From: Octopus bimaculoides
Lineage: Eukaryota
Assembly: GCF_001194135.2 (NCBI RefSeq)
Contig: NC_068981.1
Span: forward strand, 168,101,371 to 168,165,370
Direction of reading: 5' to 3'
Length of the DNA: 64,000 nt
The translations under genes were made by a program, and so were the position numbers. Positions 24,939 to 37,835 of this stretch are shown one piece after another. The notes under the pieces are model-generated. The model had not been told where the DNA came from and did no database searches. It saw only the letters and a list, made by a program, of their open reading frames with translations. The stretch's first letter is position 1. The number at the start of each line of letters is the position of its first letter.

Positions 24939-27338
24939 ATGGTGTCACTGTGAGGATTTGTCTGAGTAAGCAGATGCGTTCAACACTTCAGAATTAAATG
25001 CTAAGCAAAGTCAATCGTCCAGTCACTTTGTCTGAAATTGTTTTCTAACTGTTAGTTTCGAAGCCAATTATTATGCTATAGTAATCTGCCTAATAGGATT
25101 AACTTACATTTATGTATATTTTGGACTCAAAACTAACCAAGGCGAAGAAAAGGTGGGATTAATCTAAAAATATATTTACGACAGCCTGAAAATTAGTCTT
25201 CCTTGCCTAGAATAATTGATACGCGAGATTTTGAGAACGAGGAAGGAAGTTGCCGTACCTTCATCTCGGCAAATTATTTCAAACGACCGGACTTGATAAT
25301 AATGTCACATAACAAACTTCTTGTTAAAGCTTCTTGAAAATTAAACAGTTGCATCTCACCGCCAATTCGTAAAAATGGTGCAGCTTTGTCAAATGCCCCA
25401 AAATTAAGCGTTAATATCTTATGACAGAATATTAAATTTTCAATATGATTAAATTAGGTAATAAGTATTACAAAGTGGAACAACCTAATTACGTAAGCGG
25501 TTGATATTTCTGTACCGTTTGCAAGCGATTCCGCTGCGTGTAGTCTTATGGTGCTGATTTCAAGTCTTGCAATGATACTGTCATTGTAGCTATTGTTTAT
25601 TCCATGTAATCTTTGACCAATGGAAGGCGGTGAGCTAGCAAGATCGTTACTTTCGAGGTCGCTAAAATAAGTACCAATTGAGCACTCGGGTTGATATAAT
25701 CAATTTAACCCCGCCCCCGAAATTGGTGGCCTTGTACCAAAATTTGAAACTAATCTTTGACCAAGAGTATTCCACCTGTGATTACTTCCTTCTCTCTCTC
25801 ACTTTCCATGCAAAGTATAACAAAAACTCTACAGTATAGCTGAATGGTTAAATCGTTCGCTTTACATCCTCGAGATCCCGGGTTCGATCCCACCCTGTGG
25901 CAACTTGAGCAAATTTCATTTTTTTTTTTTTTTATAGCTTTGGATCAATCCATTTTTGATCCAAAGCTATAAAATTAAAATTGGGTAGACAGAAACTACA
26001 GAAGCCAGTGAGGTGAAATACCTTTGTAATTTAAACGGCCCGACGTTGTCACACACAGTGTTACGCAGATTTTTACCTAAGAATTACGTTAAGGGCACAG
26101 GTGTCAATGGAATGATCAGTCATTTACACGGTAAACCAGAAACAAGTAATTCATTTGATCGAACAACTTAATTCTTTATCGTCGAACGACAGAAATCAAC
26201 CATAATTAGGACCATGTAATCCAAAACCTTCTACCCTCTTTTTATTTTCTTTAAAACATAAGGATATGATAAAAGAGGAATTTGACTGCTGGTGAGTCCA
26301 TTCAAATAACTATATACACTCTCCTGTCCCTTGTCATGGTAATAATCTCTTGCAGTTCGAGAAGGACGGTTCTGCAATTTCTGCACAAATGATTTGTTTA
26401 TAGTGATTAAATGTATGTATTGTACATTAGTTCACTCGCTTCATCAAATCGATGGTGCCTGAACAAGTGCACGGTGTACTGCACGCCTTGCGTTGAAATT
26501 ATATCGCAGAGTAACGTGGTATGAAGTGTTTTGCTCAAGAACACAATGGACCAGCTGATCTAGAAACTACGATCTCGCGATCGTAAGTGCAACACCGAAA
26601 CCGTTTGGTCATGCGTCCTCGCATCTCTAGTCACAATATGTAAGAAATCAATATTTAACGACCAACAAAATGCTGATTTAATATGAGTTTCTATTTAATC
26701 AAATTCCCTTTAATTTCGACAGAGAATATTTAGTTGTTCAATCAAGGGAACAATGAAGGAAACTACCTGATCATTTGATTAGCATTGTAAGTAAGTAACT
26801 AATCACACAGACGAGTGTATCGTTAACGTAATGCTCAGGCGGAATCTGCATGATGCAGTGTGACAGTGTTGCTGTCTTTTAAAACAAATTACGGATACAA
26901 TCAAGCCAACGGGTTTTCCTACTTGCAGAAGGTGACATGTAGTAAGATTGAATCCAGGATCCCCTTCGTGCAAAGCAAATTTCATGAATATTCGGTCATA
27001 TGATGTATTAATGTTGACAATTGAAGAGCTACTGACATCAATTAGTTAAAAAAAGACTGCATATTTCGAGGTAGGAATTGATTTTATTATAGCCATAAAG
27101 GCCAAACACAGAGGGGACTGCCATTAGCTAGCTTCTGCACATGCATTGAGCAGACGGAAGGGAGTTGAGACAGAAAATATTTTTTTTTAATATATGACAA
27201 GATACATACACATGCATTGAGCAGACGGAAGGAAGTTGAGATAGANNNNNNNNNNAAGATACGCACACATGCATTGAGCAGACGGAAGGAAGTTGAGATA
27301 GAAAAGAATTTTTTTTTTTAATATATGACAAGATACGC

Positions 27339-27369
<31 letters not shown>

Positions 27370-29054
27370 TGTCGAATTCGATGGGAGAGGCCATCGTATA
27401 TGTGCGTATATGCATATTAAGTATGCATGTGTGGTGCACGCATGTGAGTGGTGTACGCATGTGTGTATAAGTATACAATTTCTTCCAGCAGACCACTCAT
27501 TAGAATGGTTTTGACAAAAACATTAAAACATTCATCCTGAACACTGACACGAAATTATAATGTCTCTTTTTGGAATAATAAATAAATAAATAAATAAATG
27601 AATGAATAAATAAAACAACGACAGCGATAACAACACCAACAAAAACAATTACGAAATGAAAAGAAAACTAATTAACGTGAGATTTAAGTAGGAATTTGTC
27701 CGATATAATGAGACGTTTTAGTAAAATGTGTCATAGCATTTTGATTGATCAGCTTTAGAGACATCTGATATAATAATCTGTAGAGGAAGATATACAGGAG
27801 TTGCGCTGTAATGAAAGAAAAGAGTAAAAGAAAAACAATTTTAATTTTTCCATAAATAATGAACGAAAAAGATTGAAAGAAGGAAAAAAAGGAAAATAGA
27901 TAGATAGATAGATAGATAGAAACAAAAGAAGAAAGAAAGAAAGAAAGAAAGAAATTGAATATGAAAGTGGAAAAAAAATGAAAGAACAACAAAAGATATT
28001 AATAAGAGAAGAGACGATAATCAGATGGAAATTCGAGGATTTTTAAGTGGTTAAAAGAATGAAAGACGCATGTTTGGTTTAATGAACAAATGTCAGGTAG
28101 AGATAAAAATAAAATAAAATAAAATAAAATAAAATAAAAACACAGAAAGGAATGAGAAGAGGAATGATATTAACGAACGAAGTGTAGGCAAGAACGAGCG
28201 AATGAATGAAACCTGATGTCAGTACTCCAACTTTTCTCATTATTTTGAAAGAAAAAAAATAATTTGAGATCAAAAACGTATTAGAAAAAAGAACACGCTT
28301 TTCAAGACATTTTTTTTTTAAGAATCCTTGGCCTAAATGCTCAATCACATTATTGAAGATTTTAGTATATGCACTTGTTATTGTAATCATCATCATCATC
28401 ATCATCATCGTTGTTACTGTTATCATTATTATCATTATTGCTGTTATTGTGGTTGTTGTAGTTATTATTATTATTATTATTATTATTGAATGAGAGAGCA
28501 GAGCATGCCATCAAAGTGACACTGGGATAAAATATGCGAAGCCCATTATACCCGTCTGATAAGAGTACACCAGATACATGCATCACAACCATGTGTGCGC
28601 GACATGGTGATCTTATATCAAAATAAACAGCACATGACCTTGCAGGTGGGGCCCAGTTAGAATTTTCTTCAGGTCGAGTAGCCCATCCCGCTCAGAATAC
28701 CCATGTTTCCAAAGNNNNNNNNNNGAATTTTCTTCAGGTCGAGTAGCCCATCCCGCTCAGAATACCCATGTTTCCAAAGGTAAATTATTCAAACCCCAAA
28801 GAATTCCTCTCAACACATAGCTATGATGCTCCCCCTCTACTCCTGCTCATGATCAGAGATGCACATCGTCAGCCACCAAGGGACATGCTTAACTGGTTAA
28901 GGTCAAACAACTGACAAGCAATTCTATGGTATTAAGCAGAATATTTGCTGTAGCACATCTTTCATACCAAGACAAAACAATGTACATAATAACAATTTCA
29001 ATCAATTAAGATCAGAAGCCATGAGAGCCACTGCCTGATACTGCATCCGGGTAT

Positions 29055-29098
<44 letters not shown>

Positions 29099-29107
29099 AT
29101 TATTATT

Positions 29108-29296
29108 AAAGCAGCGAGCTGACAGAATCGTTAGCACGCACAAAGTTCAAATTCCACAGAGGTCGACTTTGCTTTCATCCTCTCGGGGTCGATTAGATAA
29201 GTACCAATTACGCACTGGGGATTGATGTAATCGACTTAATTCCTTCCCCAAAATATGAGGCCTTGTACTTCCAGTAGAAACGATTATTATTATTAC

Positions 29297-29336
<40 letters not shown>

Positions 29337-29580
29337 ATTATCATCATCATTATCATCATCCTCATTAAGGCGGCGAGCTGGCAGAATCGTTAGCGCATCG
29401 GACGAAATGCTTAATGGTATTTCGCCCGTCACTACGTCCTGAGTTCAAATTCCGCCGAGGTCGACTTTGCCTTTCATCCTTTCGGGGTCGATAAATTAAG
29501 TACCAGTTGAGTGCTGGGATCGATGTAATCGACTGGACCCTTCACTCCAAATTTCAGGCCTTGTGCCTATAGTAAAGAGG

Positions 29581-29630
<50 letters not shown>

Positions 29631-29821
29631 GGCAGCGAGCTGGCAGAATCGTTAGCGGTATTTCGTCCGTCTCTGCGTTCCGAGTTCAAATTCCGCCGAG
29701 GTCAACTTTACCCTTCATTCTTTCGGGTTCGATAAAATAAGTACCAGTTTACACACTGAGATCGATGTCAGCGATTATCCCCCTCCCCAAAATTTCAGGC
29801 CTTGTGCCTATAATAGAAAGG

Positions 29822-29874
<53 letters not shown>

Positions 29875-30033
29875 GATCATCATCGTTAATATTATTGAGT
29901 TTTGCTTAAAGCGGCGAGCTGGCAGAATCGTTAGCACGCCGGGTGAAATGCTTAGCGGTAATTTGTCTGTCTTTATGTTCTGAGATCAAATTCTGCCGAG
30001 GTCGACTTTGCCTTTCATCCTTTCGGGGTCGAT
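29108..30033 (+). mobile_element. Four head-to-tail copies of tRNA-derived SINE family A separated by (ATT)n
   Basis: Starts at 29108, 29367, 29629 and 29908 (aaggcggcgagctggcagaatcgttagc...GTTCAAATTCC B-box...gactttgcctttcatcctttcggggtcgat). Last copy is cut by a gap. Confidence 0.9.
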
Positions 30034-30649
30034 NNNNNNNNNNNNNNNNNNNNNNNNNNNNNNNNNNNNNNNNNNNNNNNNNNNNNNNNNNNNNNNNNNN
30101 NNNNNNNNNNNNNNNNNNNNNNNNNNNNNNNNNNNNNNNNNNNNNNNNNNNNNNNNNNNNNNNNNNNNNNNNNNNNNNNNNNNNNNNNNNNNNNNNNNNN
30201 NNNNNNNNNNNNNNNNNNNNNNNNNNNNNNNNNNNNNNNNNNNNNNNNNNNNNNNNNNNNNNNNNNNNNNNNNNNNNNNNNNNNNNNNNNNNNNNNNNNN
30301 NNNNNNNNNNNNNNNNNNNNNNNNNNNNNNNNNTTTTGCTGTTGGAATTATGGCATCAATGACGCCGTCTATCAAGTTCAGCGAGGACGTAACAGGAAAA
30401 ATAACTTCTACCAAAACTAGCTTCATTAGAGATTATTACCCCACAGCTTCATTCTTACACAACGTCCACTCAGACTAGCTGTAAGAAGTAGTGCATACAC
30501 AAGAATAACAGCCATAACAGCAGCAGTAACGACAACGGTAGCAATAGTAAGGGCGGCGTTTTTACGACGAGAACACCAACACAAGCAACAACGGTAGCAG
30601 CAGCAACAACAACAGCAACATTAGTAATAACAACAACGACGGCGGCCAG

Positions 30650-31760
30650 GAGACGCGCCCGACTCGGGCGGCACAACTTATAAAAGGGAATAAGAAGATA
30701 GTATAAGTTGCAATTCCAACCGAAATTTTGGTAGTGGCTGCTCAGTAAACGATGGTGTATCGCTGCACGTTGGCAAAAGCCCGTCGCCAAGAAGTAACAA
30801 CACACCCAGTGGGGAAGAGCCCTTAAAGAAATATAGACAGATTAAGACTGTTCAGGATCGTGGAGGTCCTTTTCAGGAACGAAGCTCTCGCGCTGAAGCA
30901 CTCTAAAGCTTCCCGCTCGCGACCGGGAACTCACCCTCAATCCAACATATTTAAGAATGATTTGTCACATTAAGACAAAAAATTCACCGCTAGGGTGGAC
31001 ATCTGGTGGTTGATGGCCAGTGTCACTTTGGGAGGCAGTGACACCCTCCTTCATGTAAAACGAACGGAGCGGAGTTTTGATTTGGAACTATTCTCTTCTG
31101 TATCAAATCAGAGGGGGTGGAGAGGATCCCATCACTTATTCACATGCTCAATGGGGTGGAACTGCGTGTTGCAGCTGTTGGCAGGAGCCGAAAATGCCTT
31201 ATATGTGGTGCTGAAAGCTACTTCAGAACCTTCTGTACTCAACAAAAAAAAGCAGGAGATAGGAGCACCCATCACCACCACTTCTACCAGCATCACTTCT
31301 ACCAGCATCACTTCTACCAGTACCACAACTCTCACAAAACAGCAGCGTACAGCAGCAACAGCAGTCGCATGAAAAGGAACAACGGCAGCAGCACTAAGAA
31401 CAGTAGCAATAGGAGCAGCAGCAACACAAACAACTGCAGCTGCAGCTATGACAACAACAACAACAACAGCTATAAAACAAATTTTACGATCTGTACAGTC
31501 GACATAGATAGATTTGATAGACAAGAGCCCGGTTACTGGAAGCTGAACGTGCACTTCCCAGCGCGGCAAGCTTACCGAGCCCGGGTTATCAAGTTAGTTA
31601 CGCGGAGGTTCACGGAGGCAATTGTCAACAACCAATAGTATCTGGCTCTGAAAAGGGCTGTTAGATTAGAGACGATAAGTTTTAAGTAAAGAAACAGTAA
31701 TAGAGAAGTCTAGCCTTAGGAGCGATCTAGAAGAGGCACTCAGAAGATCATCGCGATCGC
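30650..31760 (+). mobile_element. L1/Tx1-like LINE 5' fragment (ORF1 knuckle plus end of APE domain)
   Basis: CLICGAESYFRTFC (31195-31236, CCHC-like with H changed to Y) and EPGYWKLNVHF (31525 onward). Most of the endonuclease is deleted. Confidence 0.65.
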
Positions 31761-32829
31761 AGTGAGATTAATCTTTAACCATTTTTTTTTAACACAAAGA
31801 TTGCATTGTCAGTGCGAGGAAGCGTACTCTAAGATATGAAAGAATGAAAAGTGACCTCGGGTGCAAAATTTCATCTGACCTATAATGCTTAATAATCAAG
31901 ATGGGGTATTTCAAAAGTGTCTTTGACCCCGAACCTTGAAAACCCCTGATACGTCACAGTATTTTACTCTTTTTTATTCTTTTACTTGTTTCAGTCATTT
32001 TGACCGTGGCCATGCTGGAGCACCGCCTTTAGTCGAGCAAATCGACCCCAAGACTTATTCTTTGTAAGCCTAGTACTTATTCTATCGGTCTCCTTTTGTC
32101 GAACCGCTAAGTTACGGGGACGTAAACACACCAGCATCGGTTGTCAAGCGATGTTGGAGGGGGACAAACACAGACACATAAACATACACACATATATACA
32201 TATATACGACGGGCTTCTTTCAGTTTCCATCTACCAAATCCACTCACAAGGCTTTGGTCATCCCGAGGCTATAGTAGAAGACGTTTGCCCAAGGTGCCAC
32301 GCAGTGGGACTGAACCCGGAACCATGTGGTTGGTAAGCAAGCTACTTACCACACAGCCATTAAAATAAATTGGTTTTAACAGAGAACAGAACAGAAACCG
32401 GATTATTGACATTCAGTTCGCACGGAGTTTACTTAGCTAATCTACACTGAGCGTCCTGTACGAGTAAAGAATCGCCTACTGAGTTAACAGATGTTTAAAT
32501 ATTCATCAGCTTCGAAATTTTAACTTAATTATACTAATAACCTTTAATTGAAACGCAAGGAAAAATAAACAAACTGCAATACTACACAGAATAATAATAT
32601 TGATTTAAAAAAACAAAGAAACCATTAATATCAAAAATAATAACTTCTAAATAATAACGTAGCTATGTGGTAAGAAGTTTGTTTCTCAACTACATGGTTC
32701 CGGGTTCAGTTCCACTACGTGGCACCTTGGGCTAATGTCTTCTATTATAGCCCCGGATCGACCAAAGCCTTGTGAGTTTGAGTGGATTTGGTAGATAAAA
32801 AACTAAAGAGGCCCGTTTGTGTGTTTGTG

Positions 32830-34075
32830 TGACCAATGACTTCGCACAGCGGTATTTGAATTCAGAATTTAAAGAGCCAGAAGTACTGGAGCAGGCTCGT
32901 TCACCTGGATCACTCTTATCCCTCTCAACAAATTTGCTGGAAGGCAGCACTTTCCTCTCCATTCTTATTTTCCCTTCCAAATGAAATTTGAAAAAAATCG
33001 ATGAGGGCTTGGCCAAAGCGGCAGATGCTTTGTTCCAACTCTTTCAGTCTCTTTTGTCACGGTTACTAGACAGATAAAAATTACCTACTCTTCCCGACCA
33101 AAGGCAAGAGGTGGGACGATCTTCATAATGGACTCCATGAACTGCCGAATCCGTCCTTACACGCAACAGCAATTGTTTGACGCAACTCCACATATCAGCA
33201 CCCAGTGCGTGCAGAACGGTTTCGTTGCCTTGCGTGCTTCCCGCGAAGTCATTCTCATTACAAACAAGTCTGATTGCCTCTCCTATCCCACTAGTCTATT
33301 TTTTTCTATCGCTACTACATTGATAAATCCTACAGGTTCCATTTTAATATCCCTCTTCAGGGGAGTATCAGATTGTCACTGATTGTCGACAATCACCTCC
33401 GTTACCTACCGTTCAAATATTTTTTTCTAATTTGATCGCTGTAGGCTTTGTGCACTGGAAACGACGTGTTCAGCTCCCAGTAACTGGATCCTTTCCTAAA
33501 CGTCCTTTCTAAATCGGCCGAACTGGTTGCAAATTTGTGGTCTGTGAGGCCGAATGGTTAAACATTTATCCATCCTACACTATCTCTGTCTACTGATCTT
33601 GAAACTACCTTACTTAGGTATCATCTGAATAACCCGATGAGATTGCTTTGTACTCACATTTGTACATTAGAAACATCCAGTCGATACTTGTCACGCTGCT
33701 GGAGCTGCCGGTGTAGCTTTGCGAAGCGTTTACATCTCACTCTCCTTTCGGCTCATCTCAGTCGCAGCATGCATCTAACGTGCCATTCTAGTCTCCCAAA
33801 GTACTAAAAAACGGGACATTCCCATGAACGCTTCTAGATGTCTGAAGAAATTCATCCGTCCTGCTTCAGTCGAGGCGTTGTACCTCGAACAAAGCAGATG
33901 GGTCTGACGCAAGCATGAAAACACTGGCATCGCAACACTTCGCATCAAGCACCACGAAGCCTGCGTTTCGGAAATCCTGGGTCCTTTATAGCTTCTATAT
34001 TTACGCCTACTAGTGATCTTACTGCGTTGAGCAATTGACCTAGATTCCAAACCAACCCAGTTCATATGCATTTGT
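32830..34075 (-). mobile_element. L1/Tx1-like LINE fragment (APE domain to start of RT), degraded
   Basis: CLRQTHL (LQETH-like), GSSYWELNTSF (33459-33491) and SLNSEFK..AKSL (LLNTELKILAK-like), with many stops. Confidence 0.65.
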
Positions 34076-34792
34076 ACAACTTACTTTGAGTAGGGGTCAA
34101 ATTTGATTTCTTTCGTGAATTTATATGACCGTGTGTATTTCACCTGAGACGATGGTTACATTTCACACACCAGTGCAAAGTGACACCGTTAGCTTTCTCA
34201 GTGCGTTCAGCCAATAAGCAATGTAATTGCTTGCTCCTAGGCATTGGAAACGATAGCCATCAACACACATTCTTTCTCTCTCTGTCTCTGAATGTTCTGA
34301 CACATGTAACTACTTCTATATAATAGTGCAATTGCTGATTGGTTCAGATGATAAATAGATACCAGAAGCAGTGAAACTTGTGGTGATTTGTTTAAGCAGA
34401 AATGATTTAGTAGAGATTGCGTATTTAGATTACTTCATACGCAGTGAGAAGGCAAAAATACTAACGTTTCGAATAAAACTTACGAAAAGAGTTGATCGGA
34501 ACGTCAGGGTGGTGATTAGCAGAATCATTGAGTATTGGACCAAAATACGTCCTTAGTTCAAATTCCGACAAGATCAACTTGTACGTTTTTTGTTTCCTTT
34601 TAAGGCGGTGATCTAGCAGAATCGTTAGCACGCCGGACAAAACGTTTAGCAACATTTCGTCCGTCTTTGCGTTCGGAGATCAAAGTTCGCCAAGGTCGAA
34701 TTTGCCTTTCATCCTTTCGTGGTCGATAGAATAAGTATCAGCTGGGTACTGGAGCTGATGGTACCGACTAATCCCTCCCGCTAAAAATTTGC

Positions 34793-35324
34793 GGATCTTT
34801 TTTAAAACGGGGGCCACATTTTTCATTAACGAAACACTTTGAAACTTGGAACACTGGTAGAATGTGTCATATAAAACATCTTTTTCTCTTAGTCTTCTTA
34901 AAAAAAAAAAGAAATCCCTAAGTTATTCCATGTTAAAGTTGTCGTATTTCTGTAATTTCAACCAATCACTGACATCCATTCAGCCGATATACATTAAGTG
35001 CCNNNNNNNNNNAGAAAAAAGCAAATAAAACGAAGAAAAAAAAAGAAAATGAAAAAAGCAAATTTAAAATGAAAAAAGCAAATAAAACGAAGCTATGGCT
35101 TAATCAGCCAAAAGAGTAAATATAAACAACTGAATACTTGTCAGTGATTGGTTGAAATTATCGAAATAAGACAATTTTTTACATGAAATAAATTCGAATA
35201 AAAAAATATTTTTCTGTTCTATAACACAAAATAGATAAGTATACGAAGTTTGAAAGTCTTTCGGTACCAAAAACACTACGTAAAACGTTAATGAAAAATG
35301 TGGCCCCCGTTTTAAAAAAGATCC
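34793..35324. mobile_element. Second copy of the Merlin-like MITE, inserted into a SINE
   Basis: About 39-bp perfect TIR GGATCTTTTTTAAAACGGGGGCC.... Perfect 8-bp TSD aaatttgc (34785-34792, 35325-35332). Confidence 0.88.
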
Positions 35325-36290
35325 AAATTTGCTGGCCTTATACAAAAATTTGGTATAATTAAGGCGATGAGCAAGAAGAATCGTTGACGCATCGAACAAA
35401 ATGCTTAGCGATATTTTCTCCGATTCTTTGCATTCTGAGTTTCAAATGCCACTGAATTTTTTGTCTCTCCTCCTTTCGGCGTCGATAAAGTTGAACACGA
35501 GAGCCAATGTAATCAACTTCCCCCTCCCTTCTAAATTGCTAGCTTTATTCCAAATTAAGAATAAACCAGACTGATTAGTAGAATTGTTGGCGCATTGGAC
35601 CAAATGCCGTGTGGTATCTAGTTACAGCACTTATCAATTTGAGATCATGAGACCATATCGTACCGTGATTGACTTAGCTGTAGTTAATATAATCGACTGC
35701 TTCCTCCATGCAAAATTCTGGTCTTGTGCACCATCATTACTGTTGTTTTTAATGCATTTTTCCATGCTTGCATAGGTCAGATGAAGTTTTTTATTCTTTT
35801 TATTGAGGTAGATTTTCTACGGCTGGATGCCCTTCCTGTCACCAACCCTCACCTGTTTCCTAGTAAGGTAATGTTTCTCCGTAGCCAAACGTTCTCCCCA
35901 AATATTGGAAATGAATGACACTGCTTGTATGATAATGGCGCTTATTCACAACTATCATGTGATGTCAAAGCAAGGACACACATACATATATGTGTGTGCA
36001 TATACATGTATATATACATATATGTGTGTGCACATATATGCATATATGTGTGTGCATATATGTATATATACATATATGTGTGTGCATATATTTATTTATA
36101 TGCGTTTTGCTCCATTTATTGTTATTATTCATATCTACTCAAAATGCATCACTTTAACTTGGTATCTCTACCTATAAAACGGGTGTGATATCCTGGTTTT
36201 TTGTGTGATTTTTGCTACCCATGGTAACTATTAACATATTTACATTGTCAAGGTTTTTTAAACTGAAATAATTTTAATATATACATAAAC

Positions 36291-36354
<64 letters not shown>

Positions 36355-36898
36355 CACGACAGACTCCTTTTAGTTTCCATCTACCATATCCACTCACAAA
36401 GCTTTGGTCAGCTCAGGGATATAGTTAGACACTTACCCAAGGTACCTCACAGTGAGACTGGACCTAAAACTATGTAACTGGGAAGCAAACTTAACCACAA
36501 AACCACGCCTGCACCTATATTAGAAATCAATATGCAAGAGGGAATCAACCACGCCACCTGTTGGACTACCGACCAAAGACAGTTGCAAATTAACAGCATA
36601 TAGTCAGTACTACTCTGTTTTTATTGTCAACATGCTTTTTTAATTCTCTTATTTTATCTAGCTTTATCATGTTCTAGCCAGTTTTATTTTGTTTTTTTAT
36701 TTTTGTAATTGTGTAATTTTGTTTTCTAACGGTTTGTCAGAAAGGAAAGGGCAGTACTCATGTCACTTTGTTTTTTCAAGGCACTTGAGATTGGTGGGAG
36801 ACAGGGAAGAAGTTATCTCCAAATCAAGGACCTACTCTGAATACTTGCAACAAAATGGACTCTGCTAAAATTACCCAAAGACTAGATGATGGGGTTAA

Positions 36899-37376
36899 AC
36901 CATCTCATCACCCTTGGGTGTCACCTGCACTCAGCAGATTGAATATCAAGGATTTCTATTCAGGTCTTATCTCTGCCATTCTTACAATAGTTTAGTCCAG
37001 TCCTTGATTTTATAAAAGTAGTTTGTTCTCAGTCTTCCTCTCAGTATTTGCCATTTATCTTTTCTTCAAGTAATAGTCTTTATTTACCTTGTGCTCTCAT
37101 GATGTGACCAAAGTACTTTAGCTTCCTTCCTTAATAGTTGAGAGAGTAATGATCTATTTTTTAGTTGTAGCTCATAATCAGTTTTGTGTTTTGTCTAAGA
37201 TATTCTTAAGAAGAGGCGCAGGAGTGGCTGTGTGGTAAGTAGCTTGCTTACCAGCCACATGGTTCCGGGTTCAGTCCCACTGCGTGGCACCTTGGGCAAG
37301 TGTCTTCTACTATAGCCTCGGGCCGACCAAAGCCTTGTGAGTGGATTTGGTAGACGGAAACTGAAAGAAGCCCGTC

Positions 37377-37408
<32 letters not shown>

Positions 37409-37835
37409 NNNNNNNNNNNNNNNNNNNNNNNNNNNNNNNNNNNNNNNNNNNNNNNNNNNNNNNNNNNNNNNNTGTGTGTGTGTGTGTGTGTCTGTGTTTG
37501 TCCCCCCACCATCGCTTGACAACCGATGCTGGTGTATTTGCGTCCCCGTAGCTTAGGGGTTTGGCAAAAAGAGACCGATAGAATAAGTACTAGGCTTACA
37601 AAGAATAAGTCCTGGGGTTGATTTGCTCGACTAAAGGTGGTGCTCCAGCATGGCCGCAGTCAAATGACTGAAACAAGTAAAAGACTAAAAGAGTAAAGAG
37701 TAATATCCTATGTCTGCTTCAAGAGCTTCTCGTTTGTCAGATAGGGACTGCGTCAATGTCCATGTTTCTGCAGCATATAATGGTATATGGTGCAGTGCTC
37801 CACAACCAGTATGCTGTGGTACATTGATGTGCCAC
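36899..37835 (-). mobile_element. RTE-clade LINE 3' end, split by a SINE at about 37216-37703
   Basis: IPLYAAETWTL... on one side and RKLKYFGHIMRA...EEKINGK...RGR on the other. Confidence 0.75.
37216..37703 (+). mobile_element. SINE family B (tRNA-like head, internal TA/TG microsatellite, (GTAAAAGA)n-like tail)
   Basis: caggagtggctgtgtggtaagtagc...gggttcagtcccactgcgtggcaccttgggcaagtg...gaaactgaaagaagcccgtcg-(TA)n(TG)n-...gactgaaacaagtaaaaga. Confidence 0.9.

Noticed and set aside
25828-25900. tRNA-like sequence with GGTTCGATCCC B-box
   Set aside because: Continues into a SINE body and lacks a complete cloverleaf, so it is a SINE head rather than a tRNA gene.
28660-28780. About 55-bp direct repeat around a 10-N gap; similar case at 27190-27340
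   Set aside because: Typical unmerged contig overlap.
29108-30033. Regular repeat-spacer appearance resembling a CRISPR array
   Set aside because: Units are about 250-bp SINEs with microsatellite tails in a eukaryotic context; no cas genes.
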